Source: Desulfurococcaceae archaeon (GTDB taxonomy: Archaea > Thermoproteota > Thermoprotei_A > Sulfolobales > Desulfurococcaceae). From it: DNA of 64,000 nt. The notes below the pieces were generated by a model, which was not told the DNA's origin, searched no databases, and saw only the letters and a program-made list of their open reading frames with translations. Shown here one piece after another: positions 57,316-64,000 of the stretch. The stretch is from NCBI GenBank assembly GCA_038888155.1, contig JAWAJB010000003.1:90384-154383 (forward strand), read 5' to 3'. Made by a program: the position numbers and the translations under genes. Position 1 is the first letter of the stretch, and each line of letters starts with the position of its first letter.

Positions 57316-57984
57316 TCACGGTTTAACTGGTCTTAGGCAACCGCTCTCCAGAAAGTATTCCTCATCTACATCGAAGTGCGTGCTTAAGTCTACTGTCGTT
57401 ATCAATGCTACAGCTCTTTCCTTCTCAACGAAGCTCTCTATGTAGCTGTGGACTATTTTCATTGTATCGTCGTCCAGGCTAGAGTAGGGCTCATCAGCGA
57501 CGATCAGCCTCGGCCTCTTAACTAGAGCTCTCGCTACAGCGACTCTCTGCCTCTGGCCCCCAGAGAGCTGGCTGGGGTAGGAGTTTTCAAGGCCGTGTAG
57601 CCCAAGCGCCTCAACTAACATCCTAACGGCCTCATTTCTCCTCTCCTTGTTCACCCCTATGATCTTTAACGGCAGCTCAATGTTTTCATAAACTGACAGC
57701 TCTGGGAGCAACTTACAGTCCTGATCAACGTAGCCCAGCTCCCTCAGCCTTATTGAGGCAACCATGGACTCGCCGAGCTTCCACACATCCAGTCCGCGGT
57801 AAAATACCGTTCCTATGTGTGGTTTTATCAGCATAGACGCGACTTTTGCAAGAGTTGTCTTACCAACGCCGCTTTTACCGCGAACGAGGGTAACCGTGCC
57901 TTCAACTAGCTCTAAGTCAACGCCCCTGAGAACGAACTCGCCGCTGTACCTAAGCCACACGTTGGATAACTTAAGATAGGACAT
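57316..57984 (-). CDS. ABC transporter ATP-binding protein (MacB/LolD-like)
   Basis: Walker A is GKSGVGKTT, the signature is LSGGQRQRVAVARAL and Walker B is LIVADEP. Confidence 0.9.
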   Translation of the reverse strand: MSYLKLSNVWLRYSGEFVLRGVDLELVEGTVTLVRGKSGVGKTTLAKVASMLIKPHIGTVFYRGLDVWKLGESMVASIRLRELGYVDQDCKLLPELSVYENIELPLKIIGVNKERRNEAVRMLVEALGLHGLENSYPSQLSGGQRQRVAVARALVKRPRLIVADEPYSSLDDDTMKIVHSYIESFVEKERAVALITTVDLSTHFDVDEEYFLESGCLRPVKP

Positions 57985-59452
57985 GCAGATAACCTGCGTT
58001 AAATACTACGCTCCTACAGTTAGGTAAGCTAGAGGGTAGCTTTATAAAGTCCACGGGAGATATTGGCACGCCATATATGTAGTTGCCCCTAGATAGAACA
58101 GCGAGTCCGCGTTGTCTGCACAAATCTACAGCCGTTAGCGGAGATATCTCAACAACTTCAGGCACCATGTAGGCGTACTTCGGGTCGCCAGAGATAGGAG
58201 CATCAATCGCCTTTAACTTTACGAGATCTCCGAGAACTACGTCGTACTCTCCATACCTCCAGTAGAAGGTATAGGGATCCTCGCCGAGAGTTACCGTGGC
58301 AGTGCATCCCGCTGTAATTACTGCTAACAGTGTGAACACTGCTAAACTGGACCTAGAGTTGCTCTCGCCTAGGCTAATACTCATCAATATAAGGGCGAAG
58401 ACGAGGTAGTTGGCAACCCTGTGGACAATCCCAACTGCTTCAACCGCATAGGACAAAATATATAGAAATATTGTCGCAATAGGCAGTAGAACACCCGCTC
58501 TCAGTCTACCTGCGGGCAGTTCAGCAGACTTGTAGGTAGCGGAGGAAATCAAAGGAACAATGTATAGGGCAAATGGAACAACGCTGATAGGCGCTGTAAC
58601 AGTGTAGAGAAGCGATATAACTGCTGGGAGCGCGGCAAAGGCCATAAGTAAACTAGAGCCCAGCCTGCCGAGGAAAAGGTAGGCTAAGTACACAGCTACT
58701 GCGTATAAGCCGAGTGAGGACAGGTCGTAGGCCGACATCCTCAGGGGTAGCTTGGTTGTTGCAGTTGAATAGATCGCAAAGGCTGAAAATAGAAGCATGC
58801 AGCATACTAGATACCTGCTGCTCAATTCTAGGGGCTTTCTGGCTCTAATCTTCCACGCGAAGTCGGCGTAGGCAGCGCTGAAGAGCACAGCCGTGCACAT
58901 AGCGCTTGCAAGGGGGTGGCTTAGTACTAAAGCCGTAGAAAGTATGGATAACGCCAGCCAGCCCCTCAACTTATTCTCACGAGATGCTGCAAGGTAGAGA
59001 ATTAAGGGAATTAACGTATAGCCGTAGAACTCTTTGAGGTATGCAGATGTATAAATAGCGAACGAGGGCATTGAAGATATAGCTAGTGAAGCTAGTAAGC
59101 GGGATCCGCGGATACTCGCTAACCTACCTGCAAAGGTGTAAACTAGCACAAACATTGCTGAAGAGAGCATAGCTACGCCGATAAACATGAAAAACCACTC
59201 TATAGGCACGCCAGTGACGATGGCGTACACAACGCACTCTAGTGTTGAGAGTGGATACTCAGCGTGGTGGCCGAAAGCTTCCGCTAGAGAGTATATGCCT
59301 AAGTTAGGGTTTTCTAGGACGCGCCTCGCTAAATGTACAAGAGGCCATACGTCGTTTGAGAAGAAAGTGCCCGTGTAAATACTCGGCAGTAGCCTAATTA
59401 AAGCAGTAAAGAGGAGAATTGCCACAATAGGAACCAATCCGCTAAACTTCAA
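57971..59452 (-). CDS. polytopic membrane protein (about a dozen hydrophobic segments plus a roughly 100 aa C-terminal soluble domain); possibly GT-C-like
   Basis: A 493 aa ORF that overlaps both neighbours (14 nt and 11 nt). The first loop, FFSNDVWPLVHLARR, follows TM1. No WWDYG (AglB) motif is present. Confidence 0.6.
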   Translation of the reverse strand: MKFSGLVPIVAILLFTALIRLLPSIYTGTFFSNDVWPLVHLARRVLENPNLGIYSLAEAFGHHAEYPLSTLECVVYAIVTGVPIEWFFMFIGVAMLSSAMFVLVYTFAGRLASIRGSRLLASLAISSMPSFAIYTSAYLKEFYGYTLIPLILYLAASRENKLRGWLALSILSTALVLSHPLASAMCTAVLFSAAYADFAWKIRARKPLELSSRYLVCCMLLFSAFAIYSTATTKLPLRMSAYDLSSLGLYAVAVYLAYLFLGRLGSSLLMAFAALPAVISLLYTVTAPISVVPFALYIVPLISSATYKSAELPAGRLRAGVLLPIATIFLYILSYAVEAVGIVHRVANYLVFALILMSISLGESNSRSSLAVFTLLAVITAGCTATVTLGEDPYTFYWRYGEYDVVLGDLVKLKAIDAPISGDPKYAYMVPEVVEISPLTAVDLCRQRGLAVLSRGNYIYGVPISPVDFIKLPSSLPNCRSVVFNAGYLHVLS

Positions 59453-60536
59453 GGGCTCTTACCCCTCGAACGGCTCCTACTGCACATAGAGTGTAGTTGG
59501 CTACGGCTGTGTAGACAACGCTCTGGATGCCTATTTCTAAGGGTATAGAGTAGTCCAAGAAAATTAGCGGCGGCATTAAATTTAGGCTGTACACTGCCAG
59601 GGACAGCACTACAGAGATGAGTGTTAATACAGCTGTAAAAGAAAGCAGCACAAATACAAGGGCCCTCCTCGAAGCTCCTAGGGCTACAAATAGCTTCAAC
59701 TCTCCGCGAAGGGCCTCCGCTATCCCTAACCCCAGTACAGGCAGGCCTAGAAGTGCTACTACAGATATTGAGTAGGCTGCGTAAATTATGTAATCCCTGT
59801 AGATCCCTAGCTTAAGGAAGTAAATCTCCGTTGGGCTTTCAGCGCCTCTTAGCTCAAAGATATCTCCTCTGCGAATTGCTACAAGGAAGGCCCTCCTAAT
59901 TAGCCCCTCTAAATGTTGCTCGGCTTCAAGCCCTAAAGCCCTATAAACTTCATTTAAAGCGGTATTATCGTAGATGTACGCTACGGCAAAGCTGTAGTAA
60001 CCTGGCTTAACGCCTCGAAGCCTAGCTATAGTAGAGTAGCTAACGCCGAGACCCGGTTTATCACCAATGCCGCACACTCTAAGGATTAAGACCTCACCGG
60101 TAAAAAGTGATTGAATAGGCAGGAAGCTACCCACAGCTGGGCCAACTCTACTTAGCACGCTTGTACTTGGGTAGAGGCATGTATCGTTGGCGATAGGCGT
60201 CTCGTAAAGCACAGTTGGTTCGCCGCCTAGAAGCCCAACAGTTATGAAGATTGGCTGTATCTCTACTTTGTCAACGGCGCTTAACTTTCCCTTGATGTAC
60301 TCAAAGTTTATTAACGATGTAAAAGGAGAAATAGCATCGCTAGATATAATGATAGTAGAGGTAGCAGCGGCGTCTCGAGGGTAGAATACATCGTACACTC
60401 TAGACAGAGAGCTTACGTAGCCAATCGCGTAGAGCGACAGCGTTGATAAAGCTGTAGAGACGAGAAGGGCGAGCACAAATAGGCTGACCTTTTTACTGAG
60501 AAGATATATTAGGATTGCCCTAAAGCAGCTTAACAC
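59442..60536 (-). CDS. FtsX/MacB-like ABC permease subunit
   Basis: The layout is TM1, a roughly 210 aa extracytoplasmic domain, then three TM helices. LRGELKLFVALGASRRAL resembles the FtsX-domain R-x-E-[IL]-x-[IL]-x-x-A-[LI]-G-A signature. Confidence 0.7.
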   Translation of the reverse strand: MLSCFRAILIYLLSKKVSLFVLALLVSTALSTLSLYAIGYVSSLSRVYDVFYPRDAAATSTIIISSDAISPFTSLINFEYIKGKLSAVDKVEIQPIFITVGLLGGEPTVLYETPIANDTCLYPSTSVLSRVGPAVGSFLPIQSLFTGEVLILRVCGIGDKPGLGVSYSTIARLRGVKPGYYSFAVAYIYDNTALNEVYRALGLEAEQHLEGLIRRAFLVAIRRGDIFELRGAESPTEIYFLKLGIYRDYIIYAAYSISVVALLGLPVLGLGIAEALRGELKLFVALGASRRALVFVLLSFTAVLTLISVVLSLAVYSLNLMPPLIFLDYSIPLEIGIQSVVYTAVANYTLCAVGAVRGVRALEV

Positions 60537-61449
60537 CTCTAACCTCCCTCAAACTTATTACAATAGACACCAAAAGTGAGATACAAAGTACTTCAATCAC
60601 CGCGAAAGCAATTGAGGTTTGTAGCAGTAGTGGTAGAGCAGGCCAATATAGGCTTATCAGCTTGTGTAGAGCGTTGAGAGCCACTGCACTTAGTGAGAGG
60701 AGGAAGACTGCTATCAATGAAGATACAGTGAAGGAAGCAACAGTGAATCCTAGGGCAAGCTTTCCTCTACTGACGCCTAGATTAATCAAGGCAGTAAATT
60801 CCTCGCTGAGTATTCGCTGAACTCTCATTACAGCTAAGTAGGCCATTGGAATGTAGGCGAGGAATAAAGTGTTTAGCCAAGCCGTAGATGTCTCCCTAAG
60901 GCTTTCCTCTACGTATGCCAAAGCTCGCTTAAAAACGTCAGCCTGAGTTGCACTACAGAGCTTGACTCTACTTTCAACAGACATAAAGCCTACCTGTATA
61001 ACGGCGTAAATGCCCTCGTGAACGTGTGAAACGCACTTCTCTACGTCCCCAATAACAACGTACTCGCCGCGGTGCTTTTCGTACACATCAGCTGGAATAG
61101 ATATGAAATCGCAGTTTTCAGCAACTGCCTTAAAATCGACAAGGCCACTTCGTAGAAAATCCTCAGGGGTTGCAACTAGGGGCAGCTCAACGCTACCTAT
61201 ACGGGCAATGCCTGCTATTTGCAAATCAAAGCAGCTATCGCGCCCATTAAAAACAACTAGCTTTATGCACTCCACGCTGCTTTGTTGCGGAACTGTATCT
61301 ACAAATACAGTTAGGCTTGGGACAGAGAGCAGAACTGCCGACAGCAATAAGGGGGGCGCAAAAGCGGCAATTAAGACTTTATATGCGCCTTTCCTAAAGA
61401 TAGATAGAAGAATTGCAGAGATAATCCCTCTCAATTTCACACTCAGCAA
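60520..61449 (-). CDS. FtsX/MacB-like ABC permease subunit (second, divergent)
   Basis: It has the same 1+3 TM topology with a roughly 140 aa loop. RILSEEFTALINLGVSRGKL lies in the equivalent position. Confidence 0.6.
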   Translation of the reverse strand: MLSVKLRGIISAILLSIFRKGAYKVLIAAFAPPLLLSAVLLSVPSLTVFVDTVPQQSSVECIKLVVFNGRDSCFDLQIAGIARIGSVELPLVATPEDFLRSGLVDFKAVAENCDFISIPADVYEKHRGEYVVIGDVEKCVSHVHEGIYAVIQVGFMSVESRVKLCSATQADVFKRALAYVEESLRETSTAWLNTLFLAYIPMAYLAVMRVQRILSEEFTALINLGVSRGKLALGFTVASFTVSSLIAVFLLSLSAVALNALHKLISLYWPALPLLLQTSIAFAVIEVLCISLLVSIVISLREVRGVKLL

Positions 61450-61478
61450 ACCCCCACAGTAAACATGTTAGGCAAAAG

Positions 61479-62396
61479 CTACGCGCTAGATCTATTAATT
61501 AGCTCTTTTATTAAACGCCTTATCCTCAGCTCCATTCGCTTGAGATACATTGATAGAATCGCCAGCATGAACGCCTGAAGTCCCGCTATAGTTAAGAACA
61601 CAGCCACTAAGCCCTTAACGTAGTAGTTTATCCCAGTAAAAAAGTAGTGGTAGGCTACATATCCCCCTATTATGAGCCCGGGAATAACTATTGTGCTGGC
61701 ACACATTAGCAACATCGTGACCGGGCTATACCTCCACGCTAGCCTTACGATATCTATTGCTATCTGAAGCCCACTAAAAGCGGTAAGCTTCTTTCTACCA
61801 AGCCTTTTCCTGTACTCAATTCCGTACTCGTAGTAAGGTATTCCCTCCCCTACTACGTGGGCAACTAACTCTACCTCAATGCTAAAGTTCTTTGTCTCGA
61901 ACAGCATGTCCCTGAACTCATCAATGTTGAGCAGGTACATGCCAGTACAAACGTCATATAAGTTGCCGCCAATTAAGACGTTGAATAAGTTGGTTAGAAG
62001 CCAATTACCAAGCCTATTCAAAATAGGTATGTTCTCCCTTCCGTACACCCTCTTGCCTGAAACGAATGAGATGCCCCTCTCTTTAGCTTCTTTAAGCAAA
62101 GTAGGTATGAACTTAGCTGGGTAAGTGTAGTCGCCGTCCATAACCAGTACGTACTTTGTTGAAACACGCCTCAGCCCGGTTCTAATAGCATCGCTTTTGC
62201 CGTTGCCCTCTTGCTCAACCAGCACTACCCCTCTGCTCTTCACAATCTCAGCTGTCCCATCAGTGCTGTGCCCATCAACAACGATAACCCTCTCCCTAGG
62301 AACACCTACCGATAAAACCTCATCTAAAACCCTCCCAATTGCCTCCTCTTCGTTTTTTACAGGAATAAGCACTGTAATGTCTTCTAGGTAACTCAT
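61479..62396 (-). CDS. GT2 glycosyltransferase with a C-terminal membrane anchor (Dpm1 / dolichyl-phosphate sugar synthase-like)
   Basis: ITVLIPVKNEEEAIGRVLDEV, VIVVDGHSTDGT and VMDGDYTYP (DxD) are present, followed by two C-terminal TM helices. Confidence 0.85.
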   Translation of the reverse strand: MSYLEDITVLIPVKNEEEAIGRVLDEVLSVGVPRERVIVVDGHSTDGTAEIVKSRGVVLVEQEGNGKSDAIRTGLRRVSTKYVLVMDGDYTYPAKFIPTLLKEAKERGISFVSGKRVYGRENIPILNRLGNWLLTNLFNVLIGGNLYDVCTGMYLLNIDEFRDMLFETKNFSIEVELVAHVVGEGIPYYEYGIEYRKRLGRKKLTAFSGLQIAIDIVRLAWRYSPVTMLLMCASTIVIPGLIIGGYVAYHYFFTGINYYVKGLVAVFLTIAGLQAFMLAILSMYLKRMELRIRRLIKELINRSSA

Positions 62397-62523
62397 TTCA
62401 GCCCCTCTGACATTAATTTAGTAGCTCGCAGAATTAAAAAATCTATTTACATCCATGCAGGGGAGCGTTGAAAAGGCCGTCCTACACTTGCTGAGCGAGC
62501 GCATTGGCGCTTATAACAATTAG

Positions 62524-62548
62524 GTCTCTATAAGCAATTAATAGAGAC
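62524..62548. repeat. perfect 8 bp inverted repeat with a 9 nt spacer in a divergent promoter region
   Basis: GTCTCTAT (62524-62531), AAGCAATTA, ATAGAGAC (62541-62548). It lies between the GT2 operon start (62396) and the sortase-like ORF. Confidence 0.6.
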
Positions 62549-62618
62549 TTTAAGTACACGAAGTCCAAGTTTGAAGTCTTCACCCTGTGTTCATTGGTGT
62601 TGTCAATTGGCATCCAGA

Positions 62619-64000
62619 GTGGACTACGAGAAAGGCATAGTTGCAGGGTATTTGGCAATTATATCTATTGTAGCTTTAATGGCCCAAGGTACTTACAGAG
62701 AGTACATTGAGTCCGCCCTCAGGCTTATGTTCTCTGAAGACTACAGCTACTTGCTAGTTGTACTTACACTAGTTATTTACGCTATTTACTCCTATATAAA
62801 GCGCGCAGGCTTTACAAGTGAAATACAGCTTAGTAGACTGCTTGTATCTCTTCTCTTAGCTGTAAGCTCTATTGCACTGTACTACGCCTCTAAGTTAACA
62901 GTAGAGCTCTCTCTACACGTGCTTGGATTAAGCTTCGCCGCTGCAGTTGTATCTGTATTGATTATACTATTCAAACCAGCAAATATTGGAGAAGCCACTT
63001 TATTTTTAACCCCCCTTCTCACTGCGCCCATTCCAGCTAATGTCGTAGACGCAATTACGATAGGGCTCTCTAAATTTCTAGGCGCGCTAGTAGCTACCTC
63101 TACAGGCGCTAGACTTATAAGCACTGACGATCTCTCCCTAATTGAGGTCGAGACAAGCCAGGGCGCTATCACAGTTAGCGTTGAGGCAACATGTAGCGGA
63201 ATCCCGTTGCTTAGCGCAGTAGTGGCGACTATTGCGATATTACCGCACTACCTTGCTTCAACCCGCGAGAACGCGCTCAAGAAGCTTAGGACATCGCTAG
63301 TAGCCCTGTTGATTAGCCTCTCTATAGGACTCGTTGGAAGCTATGCGAGGGGGGCGCTCATTGTATTAGTTGCGAGATGTTGCGGTGTAGACGCTGCAAT
63401 TGCCTCCCTCTGCTACATGCCCTCAGCAATTTACGCGGCACTCTCAGCTTCTCTAGCCTATGCCTTGATCAAAAGATCAGCTGGAGTGAACTCAGCGCAG
63501 GCAAGTACAAGCAGAAAATTCTTGAATTTCGAGTACATGACCTTGACGGTAGCAATAGCAGTAGCAGTTATGATGCTAATACAGGGCTTGACTTTTATAG
63601 GGGCAGGCAACAGCTACATGCGTAGTAGTATTGCAGTTGGAGCAAATGCCTTTAGTGAAGTGCTAAAAAACCCAATCGCGCATTTTTTTAGCAACAAGGC
63701 AGAAGTTATAGACTCAGCGCACGATGTCCTTCTAACTAGGGCCATGGGGGCTATATCCCTTTACAGAGTGAGCGCTACAGTTAACAGCACGCAGTATCTT
63801 GGATTTGTAGAGTTAGTGGATACTCCTGCAAGATTGCACACACTGCAGCTGTGTTTAAGGCTTCAGGGCTTCAGCGTGATAACATCTTGGGGAGAGCTTT
63901 ACAAGTCCCTTCAACTGGGGTACATTATCGTGGAGAAAGAAAACACCAAGTACATTCTACTATATACCTTGCTTCCCGTTGAATTTCAAGCCCCAGGAGA
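62619..64000 (+). CDS. exosortase/archaeosortase-family membrane protein fused to an EpsI-like domain (3' end beyond the window; start is GTG 62619, TTG 62607 or TTG 62571)
   Basis: I translated the frame codon by codon. It is open from 62517 to base 64000 with no stop, and is absent from the track because it is open-ended. It encodes multiple TM helices, then ITVSVEATCSGIPLLSAVVA (CSG Cys motif) and GSYARGALIVLV (conserved Arg context). A further TM helix is followed by a soluble domain containing ARLHTLQLCLRLQGFSV (EpsI-like H-x-x-x-x-C-L-x-x-x-G). Confidence 0.65.
   Translation, partial: MDYEKGIVAGYLAIISIVALMAQGTYREYIESALRLMFSEDYSYLLVVLTLVIYAIYSYIKRAGFTSEIQLSRLLVSLLLAVSSIALYYASKLTVELSLHVLGLSFAAAVVSVLIILFKPANIGEATLFLTPLLTAPIPANVVDAITIGLSKFLGALVATSTGARLISTDDLSLIEVETSQGAITVSVEATCSGIPLLSAVVATIAILPHYLASTRENALKKLRTSLVALLISLSIGLVGSYARGALIVLVARCCGVDAAIASLCYMPSAIYAALSASLAYALIKRSAGVNSAQASTSRKFLNFEYMTLTVAIAVAVMMLIQGLTFIGAGNSYMRSSIAVGANAFSEVLKNPIAHFFSNKAEVIDSAHDVLLTRAMGAISLYRVSATVNSTQYLGFVELVDTPARLHTLQLCLRLQGFSVITSWGELYKSLQLGYIIVEKENTKYILLYTLLPVEFQAPG

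Noticed and set aside
1-64000. A scan for CRISPR arrays, IS elements/transposases, integrases, rRNA genes, additional tRNAs and inteins.
   Set aside because: I saw no regularly spaced direct repeats, no transposase- or integrase-like ORFs, no rRNA-like sequence, no further cloverleafs and no intein insertion in PolB or other hosts. Absence is judged by eye only.

Overview
The gene content looks like a densely packed chromosomal segment from a hyperthermophilic crenarchaeon (TACK archaea, Desulfurococcales/Sulfolobales-like). It carries an ESCRT-III/CdvB paralogue, a non-catalytic tRNA-endonuclease subunit, aCPSF1, a family-B DNA polymerase, archaeal DnaG, Sm plus L37e, G1P dehydrogenase, isopentenyl-phosphate kinase and two proteasome beta subunits. 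Most of the window is housekeeping: CysRS, ValRS, HisRS, RtcA, RtcB, Pelota, GDH, GlmS-like, ThrC and others, often with overlapping or abutting gene ends. Two RNA genes absent from the ORF track are readable directly: tRNA-Arg(UCG) at 41035-41109 (-) and an SRP (7S) RNA at about 56965-57262 (-) with its own TATA box. I recognised no rRNA, CRISPR array, transposase or integrase. Two stretches look accessory. (1) Bases 30.2-41.0 kb hold an orphan methyltransferase, a glycosyltransferase cluster with a decayed GT2 pseudogene, and four unusually long non-coding gaps. (2) Bases 57.3-64.0 kb hold a tightly overlapping minus-strand operon: Dpm1-like GT2, two FtsX/MacB-like permeases, a roughly 12-TM membrane protein and an ABC ATPase. 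It is transcribed divergently from a long open-ended ORF that the track omits because it has no stop in the window. By my own translation, that ORF is an exosortase/archaeosortase-like polytopic protein fused to an EpsI-like domain. This locus is my best candidate for a poorly described cell-surface sorting or glycoconjugate system. Other notable points are a GlmS-like protein lacking the Ntn catalytic Cys1 and Asn98, a truncated TFB (TFB3-like) paralogue, a 2x[4Fe-4S] ferredoxin ORF with no canonical start codon, and a candidate C/D box sRNA. All functional calls rest on motif recognition by eye; no database search was run.
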